The notes beneath the pieces were generated by a model, which worked only from the letters and a program-made list of their open reading frames with translations, did no database searches and was not told the DNA's origin. A stretch of 64,000 bases of DNA, taken from contig CAVOXA010000010.1 in NCBI GenBank assembly GCA_963700285.1, positions 704,001 to 768,000 of the forward strand, read 5' to 3'. The stretch is from an uncultured Chloroflexia bacterium. GTDB taxonomy: Bacteria > Chloroflexota > Anaerolineae > JAAYZQ01. The position numbers and the translations under genes were made by a program. Below, piece after piece: positions 18,383 to 28,967 of the stretch. Position 1 is the stretch's first letter. Each line of letters opens with the position of its first letter.

Positions 18383-19012
18383 ATGGCAGGCAAGATTACG
18401 GCGCTCAAATATCAAAAGAAGAACCGGGATCGGGTAAGTGTTTTTGTAGACGGTCGTTTTGCCTTCGGCATACCAGCCATCGTGGCCGCTAGCCTGAGGA
18501 AAGAGCAGTTTCTGTCTGATGCCGAGATCGAGTCACTGCAGGAGCAGGGAAGTACCGAATCAGCCTACGGCAGAACCTTGAACTATCTGTCCTATCGGCC
18601 TCGCAGCCGGGCCGAGACTGTTGAATACTTGGAAAAGTATGGGTTATCCGGAGCCCAGGTTGAAGCCATTGTTGGCAGGCTGGAGAGAGCCGGATTGCTG
18701 GATGACGAGGCATTTGCACTGTACTGGGTCGAAAACCGAGAGCGATTCCGGCCACGTGGAGCCCGCGCCTTGCGTTACGAGTTGAGGGCCAAGGGTATCG
18801 TGGATGCCCAGATCGATCAAGCTCTGGCCTCGATCGACGTTTCAGCAAGCGCCCACCGTGCAGCCTGCAGGAAGGCCCAGCAGTTGAGTCACCTGGATCA
18901 GCCAACATTCAAGCGGACGCTAGTTGAGTATCTGGCACGACGGGGGTTTGACTATGGAGTGGCGCAGGAAACTGCAGAACGTCACTGGGAAGCCTTGATG
19001 ACGGACGACTGA
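18383..19012 (+). CDS. recX: RecX regulatory protein
   Basis: LNYLSYRPRS, LLDDEAFA, LRYELRAKGI, YLARRGF; downstream of recA. Confidence 0.93.
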   Translation: MAGKITALKYQKKNRDRVSVFVDGRFAFGIPAIVAASLRKEQFLSDAEIESLQEQGSTESAYGRTLNYLSYRPRSRAETVEYLEKYGLSGAQVEAIVGRLERAGLLDDEAFALYWVENRERFRPRGARALRYELRAKGIVDAQIDQALASIDVSASAHRAACRKAQQLSHLDQPTFKRTLVEYLARRGFDYGVAQETAERHWEALMTDD

Positions 19013-19099
19013 AGGTCCGTCTGAAATCAGTGGCCCGAATGCCCCAAGAGGCAATCGGTTGAAATAGTGAAACGAAATGTGGAAAGGATAAAAAAGGAT

Positions 19100-20641
19100 A
19101 TGACTACAGCGAGCGTTGCGATCCTGGTAGCTTTGGTAGCTTTGGCCGCATTGGCTCTGGGCGCGGTTGGTGGGTATTCCTACCATCGGCACAGAAGCCA
19201 ACAACAGGTCGACGGCGCCGAGCGCCAGGTAGAGCGTATCCTGGCGGACGCGGAAACGCAGGCCAAGGAGCAGGTGGTCCAAGCCCGGGATGAAGCTCAC
19301 AGAATGCGAAGTGCGGCCGAAAAAGAGATCAAGTCCAGGGAACAGGAACTCCGGCGGGAAGAAGACCGTATTCAAAAGAGGCGGGCGTCTCTTGACGAGC
19401 GATTTGAACGCATGGACAAGCAGGAGCGTAGCCTGAGTCAACGCCAGAGTGCGCTGGACAAAAGACAGAACCAGCTGGAGCAGTTGGAGCACGAACGGAT
19501 GGTCGAGCTGGAACGGGTGGCCAATATGACACAGGACGAGGCCAGGAGCCTACTTCTTGACACCGTCAAGCAGGATGCACGACAGGACATGGCCCGGGTC
19601 ATTCGCGAAGTCGAGGCCGAAGCAAGAGAGGAAGGCGAACGCCGGGCGCGAAAAATCGTGACTCTGGCGGTTCAACGCATCGCTTCGGATCAGGTGTCTG
19701 AAATCTCGGTTTCGACCGTGCCCCTGACGAGTGACGATATGAAGGGGAGAATCATCGGCAGACAGGGCCGCAACATCCGCGCCCTGGAGAAGGCGACCGG
19801 GGTAGATCTCGTGGTGGATGATACCCCCGAGGCTGTCCTTTTGTCTTGCTTTGACCCTGTACGGCGTGAGGTGGCCCGGCTAGCGCTCACGAGGCTTATC
19901 GTCGATGGGCGCATCCACCCAGCGCGCATCGAAAGTGTGGTGGCTGCTGCAAAGACGGAGGTCGATCAGATCATCCGAGAGGCGGGTGAGCAAGCTGCCA
20001 TTGAGGCGGGTGTACCTGGTTTGCGTCCCGAGATCCTCAGGCTCATGGGCCGGCTGAAATACCGGACCAGCTATGGGCAGAACCAGTTGGATCACGCTGT
20101 CGAAACCACCCACTTGGCAGGTATCTTGGCCTCGGAATTGGGCGCCAACGTGCGAGTGGCCAAGGCGGGCGCGTTCCTCCACGATCTGGGCAAGGCGGTG
20201 GACCACGAGGTGGAGGGCCCACATGCACTCATTGGGGCTGACCTGGCCAAGCGCTATGGTGTCTCAACGGCCGTCATCAACTGCATTGCAGCGCACCACG
20301 GCGAGGCCGATACCGAATCTCTGGAGGCTGTCATTGTCGAGGCAGCGGATGCTATTTCGGGAGCGCGTCCGGGAGCAAGACGAGAATCACTCGAAGCCTA
20401 CGTCAAGCGCATCAAGGCGCTGGAAGAGGTGGCTAACTCTTTTGACGGCGTGGCTGAAACGTACGCCATCCAGGCCGGTAGGGAAATCCGCATTATCGTC
20501 AAGCCTGAGCAGATCGATGATCTAGCTTCTATCCAGCTCTCAAAGAATGTAGCCAAAGCCGTGGAGGAGAATCTGCAGTATCCTGGACAGATCAAGGTTA
20601 CCGTCATTCGCGAAACGAGGGCCGTGGATTTCGCAAAATAG
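19100..20641 (+). CDS. rny: Ribonuclease Y
   Basis: N-terminal TM and coiled coil; KH motif [14 protein letters not shown]; HD motif LHDLGK; [12 protein letters not shown]. Confidence 0.98.
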   Translation: MTTASVAILVALVALAALALGAVGGYSYHRHRSQQQVDGAERQVERILADAETQAKEQVVQARDEAHRMRSAAEKEIKSREQELRREEDRIQKRRASLDERFERMDKQERSLSQRQSALDKRQNQLEQLEHERMVELERVANMTQDEARSLLLDTVKQDARQDMARVIREVEAEAREEGERRARKIVTLAVQRIASDQVSEISVSTVPLTSDDMKGRIIGRQGRNIRALEKATGVDLVVDDTPEAVLLSCFDPVRREVARLALTRLIVDGRIHPARIESVVAAAKTEVDQIIREAGEQAAIEAGVPGLRPEILRLMGRLKYRTSYGQNQLDHAVETTHLAGILASELGANVRVAKAGAFLHDLGKAVDHEVEGPHALIGADLAKRYGVSTAVINCIAAHHGEADTESLEAVIVEAADAISGARPGARRESLEAYVKRIKALEEVANSFDGVAETYAIQAGREIRIIVKPEQIDDLASIQLSKNVAKAVEENLQYPGQIKVTVIRETRAVDFAK

Positions 20642-20848
20642 GCATTCGCCTCCTGTTGGCACAGATCACAAATATCGAACCGAATTGGGGGTTGTGTTTT
20701 GGGGGAGGATCGTGTAGAATAATAGAGACCAATGACCTAGTCTCCTCGGTGTGTCATCTAGGCCAGTGTATCGGTTCAGTCGCATTGGACACAGTCAAGG
20801 GCCGTTTGAACAAGGCCTTCCCCGCAAAGAGGTCCAGGAGGCATCGAG

Positions 20849-21112
20849 ATGGCAGAGATAGTCCGGGTTTCAGCAAAGTCCAGGGCACCTGCAGTTGCCG
20901 GAGCCATTGCCGGAGTTGTCCGTGAGAACAGCCGGGCGGATGTCCAGGCAATCGGCGCCGGGGCGGTCAATCAGGCTGTGAAAGCCATAGCCATCGCCAG
21001 AGGGTTCCTACTTCTCGACGGCCTGGACGTGGTATGCACCCCCTCTTTCGTAGATGTGGAGATTGACGGGCTAGAGCGAACAGCGATCCGATTCGCAATC
21101 GAGGCCCGCTAG
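20849..21112 (+). CDS. spoVS: Stage V sporulation protein S family
   Basis: VAGAIAG...QAIGAGAVNQAVKAIAIARG. Confidence 0.93.
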   Translation: MAEIVRVSAKSRAPAVAGAIAGVVRENSRADVQAIGAGAVNQAVKAIAIARGFLLLDGLDVVCTPSFVDVEIDGLERTAIRFAIEAR

Positions 21113-21152
21113 CCGGCCCACACCGGCGCAGCCAAACCGGACAGAGAAGTGA

Positions 21153-22019
21153 CTAACGGGGTCTGGATCGCCGCCTGCGCCGTCCTCGCTTGAGAGACGG
21201 GAGTTCAGGCTGCGGCTGGCTCATCTCGATCAGTTCCTGCTGTGTTACCTCAACCCGAACCTGGTTCTCTAACTCGACCTGGACCGCCTCCTGCATGACG
21301 TTGACCTGAATGACCTTGCCACGGCCATGAGGCGTGTTGATGATGCTTCCCCGTCGGGGCAGGTTGCTTCTGATCGCCGTGTACTGGTCGTTCTCGTAGG
21401 CTAGACAGCAAAGCAACCGCCCACACACGCCCGAGATCTCCATCGGGCTGAGAGGCAGCTCTTGTTGCTTGGCCATTTTGATCGAGACTGGATTAAACTC
21501 TGTGAGCCAGGTAGCACAACAGAGATTGCGGCCGCACTTGCCCATGCCCCCTATGAGCTTGGCCTCATCGCGTACTCCGATCTGGCGCAGCTCAATGCGA
21601 GCCCTGAACGAGCGGGCCAAATCCTGGACCAATCTGCGAAAATCCACTCTTTTCTCTGCAGTAAAGAAAAAGACCAATCGACTGCCATCATAGTTGTACT
21701 CGGCCCGAACGAACTTCATCGGCAGGTTATGCTCTTGGGCTCTATCCTGGCAGCGGGCCAGGGCGTCCCGCTCCTTGTACTGAAAGTAGGCCATTTGGGC
21801 AAGGTCCAGAGCGGATGCGCGGCGCCTGGCCTTTTTGAGTTGTCCTACTATCTCCTTGTCACTCACCTCACGAGGAGAGAAAAGAACTTTTCCGACTTCT
21901 TCGCCACGAGACGTTTCTACGACGACATATTCCCCGGCCATCAGATCCTCTAGGGTACCAGGATCAAAGTAGTACACTTTGGTCGCCGGGTTGAATCGAA
22001 CTCCAATTACCAAGGCCAT
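21153..22019 (-). CDS. ricT: PSP1-domain Fe-S protein RicT/YaaT
   Basis: RVDFRRLV, RIELRQIGVRDEAK, CGRNLCC, SGVCGRLLCCL; downstream of holB as in Bacillus. Confidence 0.9.
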   Translation of the reverse strand: MALVIGVRFNPATKVYYFDPGTLEDLMAGEYVVVETSRGEEVGKVLFSPREVSDKEIVGQLKKARRRASALDLAQMAYFQYKERDALARCQDRAQEHNLPMKFVRAEYNYDGSRLVFFFTAEKRVDFRRLVQDLARSFRARIELRQIGVRDEAKLIGGMGKCGRNLCCATWLTEFNPVSIKMAKQQELPLSPMEISGVCGRLLCCLAYENDQYTAIRSNLPRRGSIINTPHGRGKVIQVNVMQEAVQVELENQVRVEVTQQELIEMSQPQPELPSLKRGRRRRRSRPR

Positions 22020-22139
22020 CTTGATCCTTTCCAGGAAAACCTGATCTCATAGGGTGCTGCGGTCTGCAGTCTGTCGCTGTACCGCGCACTCGTAGATTGG
22101 TTCTCAAAGAGCCGCTGTCCTGCCTTCAAGCTCTTTGGG

Positions 22140-23132
22140 CTAGCTCTGAGGTAGCAGATTGCTCTGCGGCAACTGGAGGAGCAGTCCTTCAACGGCCAGT
22201 CTGGCATTCACATTTGACTCCACCTGGTCGGCTGTTGCCTGCAAGGATTGCAGCCCAGCCACTGCCTGTGCCAAGGTTAGCTGCGCTGATAGTTGGCGGA
22301 TCTCGTCCAGTCGGTCTACATTCACGATCCCGGTCTCATTTCGACTGCATAGCAGGAGCAGGTCACGCCACCAAGAGATCCACAACTCGATGTACTGACG
22401 AACCATTGCCGGCTCACGGCTGGCCCTGGAAGCATACTCAAGCCGCCCCAACCGATCCTCCTGCAAGAGTCCAATCAGGGTATCCAGACCCTGTTGGCGG
22501 AAGCGCAGTATGGCATCGTCCTCACTGGCACGTAATGCCCATCCCACTCTTCCACCCGAGAGCTTGGACAGGAGTTTTGCTCTAGGTGATGGGACTCCCT
22601 TTTCGCGCAATGCGAGTTCAACGATATCATGGGCAGTTGGCCTCAGGTCCAGACGTTGGCAGCGCGATACCACCGTTGCGGGCAGCGCCTCGGGATCCAA
22701 CGCTGTCAGGACCAGTACTATGTGACCTGGCGGTTCCTCCAGAGTCTTGAGCAGGCTGTTGGCCGCCTCCACGCTGGCTCGGTCCATCTGCCGTAGGACA
22801 AAGACCCGATATCGTCCCTCGTAGGGCGCCAACATCGCTTCCCGCTGAAGTGCCCGGATCTGCTCGATTTTGATGCTGTCCTTCACACCCTCCCCCTGGA
22901 CCAGCTGAACATCTGGGTGAACACCCCTCGCGATCCGGAGACACGAAGGGCACTGGCCACAGGGTGGATCGGCTTGTGTGCAGTTCAGGGCCTGAGCCAG
23001 GGCCAGCGCCAGGGTAGTCTTGCCAACCTGGGACGGGCCAGAGAAAAGATAGGCATGCGCCACCCGGCCTACTGTCAAGCTGCGGCGCAGCAAGTCCACT
23101 GCCCAGTCGTGTCCGATGATCTGCCAACCCAT
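22140..23132 (-). CDS. holB: DNA polymerase III delta' subunit
   Basis: HAYLFSGP..VGK, CGQCPSC, ANSLLKTLEEPP, SRCQ. Confidence 0.95.
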   Translation of the reverse strand: MGWQIIGHDWAVDLLRRSLTVGRVAHAYLFSGPSQVGKTTLALALAQALNCTQADPPCGQCPSCLRIARGVHPDVQLVQGEGVKDSIKIEQIRALQREAMLAPYEGRYRVFVLRQMDRASVEAANSLLKTLEEPPGHIVLVLTALDPEALPATVVSRCQRLDLRPTAHDIVELALREKGVPSPRAKLLSKLSGGRVGWALRASEDDAILRFRQQGLDTLIGLLQEDRLGRLEYASRASREPAMVRQYIELWISWWRDLLLLCSRNETGIVNVDRLDEIRQLSAQLTLAQAVAGLQSLQATADQVESNVNARLAVEGLLLQLPQSNLLPQS

Positions 23133-23307
23133 TCCAGTTGCCTATGCCTCTCAGGCCTTTCGTCCCAGGGCAAAACCAGACATAATGAATCTACGAATTT
23201 CATTGACGCATTGCATTGTACTCGAAAAGCCCATGGCTGGCAAGCAAGGCTGGAACAGGGATAACGAACCAGACAGGATCCCGGGTTCGGGGTACAGCCG
23301 ACTTGGA

Positions 23308-24378
23308 TCACATGCCGGGGGGGACTGCTCCCAGCACTGCGGCCCAGTCACTAGGTGATACGCCCGGCGACTCGATATTATGGATCCGGTAGAATTCCTC
23401 AACGACACCCAGGATCTCGTCTGAATTGGCGCCGAGAAGGTCCTTCTCCAGCTCGGCTAGCTGATTGGCTGGGTAGAAGAAAAAGTCGCCTGACAATGCG
23501 ACAGTAGCAATCTGCCCTTGGTACATCTCGACCGTGGCCCGCATCAGACCCCCGGGGGCCTTGTGCATTCGCTGCGTCACCTCCACGCCCTCGGCGATCT
23601 TGACTGTCCGATCTGTATTCTTACGTTCGGGGAAGCGTTTGCCCGATTTGAGCAGCCAATCGTCTGAGGTGTGTGTCTGGGTCAATTCGGCTACCTGGGC
23701 TCCCAAACCCTCTGGTAGTGGTACTGGGGTCAAGTCTCCCAATGCCACCGCAAAGTTCCGGATCAAGGTAGATGTCATCGTATTCCACGCCGGCATTTGA
23801 TCCAGTTCACGACGCAGGGTGGTCAAGTTCTCGCGCATGCTCTTGAACACCTTGTCACGGAATTTGGCATCTGGCACAAGGAGCACACGAACCATCGTCT
23901 CATAGTCAAAATCGGCAATGAGGTTGCCCACCAGGATCAAATAGTTGCCTATCTCAGCCGCACCATTTCCCGAGATCTTGCGGCCTGCTGTGGTAATGAT
24001 GTCATTGACAGGCCGGTAGCGTACCTCAACGCCCAGATCTCGATAGGTCTGTACCACTGGGGCCAGAAATCTGCGATAAAACTCGTCCTTATCCCTGGAG
24101 GCTAGCGGGTTATCGCGATGGATTACCAACTGGTAAAAGATCTGTTGCCCGTCCAGGTAGACCGCGCCGCCTCCCACTTCCCGACGGAAGACAGGGATGC
24201 CCTGCTCCCGGCAATAGGCCAGGTCAACCTCACTTTCGGCGTCCTGGTGATAGCCAATACATACGTATGGTTCAGCCGGCGCCAGCAGGATCAATCCTTC
24301 CATCTCCAGGCGGGGAAGGGCGTGATAGATCAACTGTGAATCGAGCCAGGGTACGTGACCTAGATCGTATAGATTCAT
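23308..24378 (-). CDS. lplA: Lipoate-protein ligase A family
   Basis: RREVGGGAVYLD, NDI...RKISGNG, C-terminal GDFF domain; GGAGG SD before ATG 24378. Confidence 0.88.
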   Translation of the reverse strand: MNLYDLGHVPWLDSQLIYHALPRLEMEGLILLAPAEPYVCIGYHQDAESEVDLAYCREQGIPVFRREVGGGAVYLDGQQIFYQLVIHRDNPLASRDKDEFYRRFLAPVVQTYRDLGVEVRYRPVNDIITTAGRKISGNGAAEIGNYLILVGNLIADFDYETMVRVLLVPDAKFRDKVFKSMRENLTTLRRELDQMPAWNTMTSTLIRNFAVALGDLTPVPLPEGLGAQVAELTQTHTSDDWLLKSGKRFPERKNTDRTVKIAEGVEVTQRMHKAPGGLMRATVEMYQGQIATVALSGDFFFYPANQLAELEKDLLGANSDEILGVVEEFYRIHNIESPGVSPSDWAAVLGAVPPGM

Positions 24379-24743
24379 CTGTATTCGCAACCTCCTTCGG
24401 GCTCCTCTAGTCCTGACCACGGCCTTGACCTCAGGCCTGCCGTTGACCTTTTGCCTCACTCATCGGAAAGCTACTGTGTTGCGACGAAAGCTCTGCGCCC
24501 AAAGCCATAACAGAGCGGAAACGATGGCCCAGAATCTCGAACTCAGCAGGAATACCAGTCAAGAACTAACATAGATCACGTCTGCGCTCTGACCAATGAC
24601 CAGTACCAGAATAGGCAGGACGTGATGGGCCCGTGAGACGACACGCTTCAGGGCCCCACCAGCAGGGATTATACCACACTCAAGCCGTTGGCCAAGCTGG
24701 TCGACTTCAGAAGTGTGGGCAAGGGGCCAGGAGAAGATGCGAT

Positions 24744-24772
24744 TTGACACTCGGGGAGGGCTAGCGTATAAT
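24744..24772 (+). promoter_or_regulatory. Consensus sigma70 promoter upstream of the ABC-F leader
   Basis: TTGACA-17 nt-TATAAT. Confidence 0.8.
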
Positions 24773-24916
24773 CCTCTCGCTCTCCAAAGGAATGCAGGAA
24801 TGTGATATACCTACTCGCAGGTCAAGCACAAAGAATCCTGCCCAATTGCATGGGCTACCGCAATGGATATCCTGTTGGGAGTAGTGCGTCCTAATTCTGG
24901 ATTTTATGTCATTTTC

Positions 24917-24949
24917 AAGCCGTGGGCGCACTTGCATCCGCGGCTTTTT
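24917..24949 (+). terminator. Leader terminator/attenuator of the ABC-F gene
   Basis: AAGCCGTGGG...TCCGCGGCTT stem followed by a T-run, ~160 nt before the start codon. Confidence 0.65.
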
Positions 24950-25106
24950 CTTCTTAGACTTACCTTGCCTTTCAGTTCGTGGGTGTAGAATTCTCACGGT
25001 TTGTGAACCTGTGGAACAGTGCAACGAATGGGGAATCAAACCCGTGGCCGGGTGAGGGAGAAATCGATGCTTTCCCAATCCGCTGCGGAGCTGGGGAGGA
25101 GATGCC

Positions 25107-26774
25107 GTGATTGTCATCAATCTGGACAACATTGGGCAGAGCTTCGGTACCCAGACGGTATTGGATGGAGCAAGCTGGGAGATCCAGGCCGGACAGAAGG
25201 TCGGTCTGGTGGGGCCAAACGGTGCGGGCAAGTCTACCCTGCTGCGAATCATCGCAGCGGAGATCAAACCGGACAGTGGTTTTGTCTATCGCCACAAGGA
25301 AGCGCGCATCGGTTACCTGGCCCAGGAGCCTGTCCTGGACGCCCACCAGACCGTTTGGCAAGAAGTGCTCAGTGCGGCGGAAGAGCTGTCCTGCGTAGAA
25401 ACTGAGTTGCGCCGGTTGGAGGCGCGCATGGGAGCCCCAGAGGTTTATGGCGACGAGCCTGCGCTGGCCCGGGTGTTGAGCGCTCACAGCCGGGTTCAGG
25501 CTGAGTTCGAGCGGCTGGATGGCTACCGTTACCAAAGCAGGGCGCGGGAGGCGCTGCGGACCCTGGGTCTGGAGGATACCGATTTTGATCTGCCCGTGGG
25601 CGCCTTGTCCGGCGGACAGAAGAAACTGGTGGGCCTGGCCAAACTGCTGGCCGTTGGCGCCGATCTGCTCCTCCTCGATGAGCCGGACAATCATCTGGAT
25701 CTGGCGGGCAAGGCTTACTTGGAACGCTTTATTGTGAACTTTTCTGGAACGGTGGTCATTGTCTCCCACGATCGTTACCTGCTGGATGGAACTGTGAACC
25801 TCATTGCCGAGGTGGAGGATCATCGCCTGACGGTTTATAAGGGCAACTATTCGGCCTATACCGTGGAGAAGCAGTTGCGCCTACTGCGCCAACAGCAGCG
25901 GTACGAGGCCCAACAAAAAGAGATCGCACGCATCGAGGCGGCTATTGCCCGTTTTGAGCTGTGGGCGAGCCTCGTCGTGGATGAGCGGCACGCCCGCCAG
26001 GCCCGCAGCCGGCACAAGATGCTGGAGCGAATGGAAAAGATCGACAAACCGGTGCTGGAGCGGCGACAGATGGGGCTGGCTCTCAACGGCTGGCGCGGGT
26101 CGCGCAAGGTACTCGAGATCGCGGATCTGGACAAAGCCTTTCCCTCTGTCGTGGGTGATGACAAGGGGGAGAATATCATTCTCGCCGGGCTGAACCTGTT
26201 GATGTGGCACGGCGAGCGGGTGGGACTGTTGGGGCCCAACGGCGCGGGCAAGAGCGTGCTGTTCCGCTGCATCCTGGGTTTGGAAGAGCCGACGGGCGGC
26301 AGCGTCAAGATCGGTCCCAGTGTACGAACTGGTTACTATGCTCAAGAGCACGAAACCCTGGATCTGAACAAGACCCTCATCGAGGAAGTACGAGGAACCC
26401 GGCCCATGTATGAACAACAGGCGGTGAGTTTTCTGGGACGGTTTTTGTTTCCCTACGAGATGGCCCGCAATCAGGTGAGCCACCTGTCGGGCGGGGAGCG
26501 GAGCCGGCTGCAACTGGCCAAGCTGATGCTATCAGGCGCCAATTTCCTGCTGCTGGACGAGCCAACAAATAATCTGGACCTGCCCTCCTGCGAAGTGCTG
26601 GAGAATGCCCTGGACGAGTTCGAGGGTACGGTGCTGGTCATCTCTCACGACCGCTATTTCCTGGATCGCATTGTGGACCGCATCGTGGAATTAGAGGATG
26701 GCGCACTGAGTGAGTACCCCGGCAGCTATAGTTACTATGTGGAGGAGAGGGCGCGGCGAAAGGGTGAAGCCTAG
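25107..26774 (+). CDS. ABC-F family ribosome-associated ATPase
   Basis: Two ABC domains (GPNGAGKS, LSGG, LLLDEP), an inter-domain linker, no TM segments. Confidence 0.93.
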   Translation: MIVINLDNIGQSFGTQTVLDGASWEIQAGQKVGLVGPNGAGKSTLLRIIAAEIKPDSGFVYRHKEARIGYLAQEPVLDAHQTVWQEVLSAAEELSCVETELRRLEARMGAPEVYGDEPALARVLSAHSRVQAEFERLDGYRYQSRAREALRTLGLEDTDFDLPVGALSGGQKKLVGLAKLLAVGADLLLLDEPDNHLDLAGKAYLERFIVNFSGTVVIVSHDRYLLDGTVNLIAEVEDHRLTVYKGNYSAYTVEKQLRLLRQQQRYEAQQKEIARIEAAIARFELWASLVVDERHARQARSRHKMLERMEKIDKPVLERRQMGLALNGWRGSRKVLEIADLDKAFPSVVGDDKGENIILAGLNLLMWHGERVGLLGPNGAGKSVLFRCILGLEEPTGGSVKIGPSVRTGYYAQEHETLDLNKTLIEEVRGTRPMYEQQAVSFLGRFLFPYEMARNQVSHLSGGERSRLQLAKLMLSGANFLLLDEPTNNLDLPSCEVLENALDEFEGTVLVISHDRYFLDRIVDRIVELEDGALSEYPGSYSYYVEERARRKGEA

Positions 26775-26865
26775 CACCCTGGAGGATGCCGCCGTGACCG
26801 AAAAAGGGACGCACGGCGATGCGCCCCTTTCCAGTCAGGAGTATGGCAGGCCACCACCCTCAATG

Positions 26866-27972
26866 TCAGCGATGGACGCAGGCTCCAAGGTCGGAAGTCC
26901 TGGGATCGCCCCCCAGTTGAACGATCATTTCGTCCGCGAATCCGCTGTCGCGAAGCGGGACCACGATATCCTGAAACAAGTCCGGTACCCAGGCCTTGAT
27001 GGCCACGAAAGGCATGTCTCCAGCCTGTAGCTGGTACTGCTGGATGGCAGCGGGTACCAGCACCGAATCCCCCTGAGCCAAGTTTACCTCCTGTGTCAGG
27101 GAGGGACCGTAGCGTACAGATCCCGAGCCCCCCAACACGGTCAGAACGTGAAAGCACTCGCCGTCAGGCATCTCCAGAACCTGCGATTCTACCTGGAGCC
27201 TCTCGGCGGCAAAGTACCGGCAGGCGACCAGCAGGGTCCGGGTACATCCGGGCTCCAGCAGTACCACAGGATCTACCTTGTGTTGGTCCAGCGGCACCAG
27301 ATCCGCGACGTCCAACGATTTCTCGATGTGCAGTGGCCGGTTGGGGTCGTTGCGATCCCAATCGTAGAGCCGGTACGTCAGATCCGAGGATTGCTGGATC
27401 TCGTACAGCAGGAGCCCTTCGAGCAGGGCGTGGATGGTGCCTGCGGGATTCATGTACACGTCTCCCGCGGTGACCCCTACATCATGCATCAGGTCCCGCA
27501 GCGTGCCGGTCTGGATGGCCTGGGTTGCCTCTGACCGGCTCAGGGGCGTCTTGACCCCATGGATCAGCCGGGCACTTGGTTCAGCGTCGAGGATGTACCA
27601 TGCCTCGGCCTTGCCGAAAGGCTCCCCTTCGTACGCCTGGGCATAGCCGTCATCGGGATGGACCTGAACCGACAGAGTATCCTGTGTATCCAGGAGCTTG
27701 ACCAGCAGCGGAAATACGGGAGGTAGCCCAGCGAATCTCCCGCCCAGGAGCTGTTGGGAATGGGCGCGAACCAGACTGGCCAGCTTCTGACCGCGGAGAG
27801 GGCCGTTTTCGACAAGGAGTTGGTCCCAAACGGCCCAGACTTCACCTATCAAGCGGCCGGCAGGCGCCTCCAGGTGGAGCATCCGGGACAGTTTGTGTCC
27901 ACCCCACACCTTTTCCACTGCCAGGGCAGAGAATCTGAGAGGATACAAGTCGATGTCGTTTTGATCTGGCAT
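26866..27972 (-). CDS. manA: Class I mannose-6-phosphate isomerase
   Basis: KVWGG, FPLLVKLLD...LSVQVHP, EIQQSSDLTYRLYDW. Confidence 0.9.
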   Translation of the reverse strand: MPDQNDIDLYPLRFSALAVEKVWGGHKLSRMLHLEAPAGRLIGEVWAVWDQLLVENGPLRGQKLASLVRAHSQQLLGGRFAGLPPVFPLLVKLLDTQDTLSVQVHPDDGYAQAYEGEPFGKAEAWYILDAEPSARLIHGVKTPLSRSEATQAIQTGTLRDLMHDVGVTAGDVYMNPAGTIHALLEGLLLYEIQQSSDLTYRLYDWDRNDPNRPLHIEKSLDVADLVPLDQHKVDPVVLLEPGCTRTLLVACRYFAAERLQVESQVLEMPDGECFHVLTVLGGSGSVRYGPSLTQEVNLAQGDSVLVPAAIQQYQLQAGDMPFVAIKAWVPDLFQDIVVPLRDSGFADEMIVQLGGDPRTSDLGACVHR

Positions 27973-28053
27973 GAGGGCTTTTTCCCCTTTCTCTTCAGAG
28001 AGGTGGCGAACCAGTTTTTGGGTACCGGCAGACTGGTTTCGTTCCCTCCACAG

Positions 28054-28887
28054 TCACACGTCGGTAGGACGCCGTCCTGCTTTCACCGCCAGACGATAGA
28101 TTTCGCGCCGGGGCCAGCCAGACTCAGCAGCCAGTTGGCGGCTGGTCTCCTTGGCCCCTAGACCTTGCTCCAGGCGGGTCTGAATCGCGGCATGTAGGCG
28201 CATCCCATCCCAGGGTTGGGCGTTTTCTCGGGCGCCGCCGATGACCAGAACAACCGGAGCCTCCGCTGGCCGGTCAGACACGTACTGCGATGCCCCAGCA
28301 ATGGTACCCCGCCAGGTTCCGGTTGGGTGCTGGTCAGATGATGTCACTGCCAGAGGGCGGTCCCCCAGCGTTTCGTTCAAATCAGACAGAAGACCAAGGA
28401 TATGCTCCGGCGATTCTGTGACAACGAGGGTACGGCGTTGGGTGGCTATGGAACTCAGGAGTTCCCTGCGTACAGCCGGTTGCCGAGGCAATTGGCCAAG
28501 GTAAACAAAGCTATCGGCCGGCAACCCAGAAACGACAAGCGCCGTGAGCGATAGTGTGGGGCCAGGTACGGGTACGACGGGAAAGTTGCGCTCAAGGGCG
28601 GCGCGGATGGCTACCTGGCTTGAGCTGGTGGGACCAATGAAAGCGCCCGCGCATAGAATCGCTACATCCGCCTTTGCCAGCAAGCCCAAGATACGGCTGA
28701 TAGCGGCTGGTTGGGCCGGATCGGAGAGGGCAACGTGGGGTACGGCGATCGCGTGGTAGGCCAGCAACTGCTGTACGCCAGAGCGGTTGCCGACGACGAG
28801 GGCTGCCTCTCCCAGGATGCGCTTGGCCCGGAGGGTGAGGTCGTCTGGATCGCCGGTTGGCGCGCCAACAATATACAGGGTCCCCAC
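28054..28887 (-). CDS. rsmI: 16S rRNA C1402 2'-O-methyltransferase, divergent
   Basis: GTLYIV..PTGD..DLTLRA, VPVPGP..ALVVSGLP, ESP. Confidence 0.75.
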   Translation of the reverse strand: MGTLYIVGAPTGDPDDLTLRAKRILGEAALVVGNRSGVQQLLAYHAIAVPHVALSDPAQPAAISRILGLLAKADVAILCAGAFIGPTSSSQVAIRAALERNFPVVPVPGPTLSLTALVVSGLPADSFVYLGQLPRQPAVRRELLSSIATQRRTLVVTESPEHILGLLSDLNETLGDRPLAVTSSDQHPTGTWRGTIAGASQYVSDRPAEAPVVLVIGGARENAQPWDGMRLHAAIQTRLEQGLGAKETSRQLAAESGWPRREIYRLAVKAGRRPTDV

Positions 28888-28967
28888 AGTTGGAATGGCT
28901 TCCTTGCCGGGTAGGATACCCGGCCTATCAGGCTAAATCGTCAAGTGGCTGTAAGATAGTGGACAAG

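Noticed and set aside
20849-22019. Evidence of sporulation from spoVS and the 'stage 0' PSP1 protein
   Set aside because: Both families are widespread in non-sporulating bacteria.
24380-24740. Riboswitch or 6S RNA upstream of lplA
   Set aside because: A minus-strand TATAAT and one hairpin exist, but I could not match any aptamer or 6S consensus.
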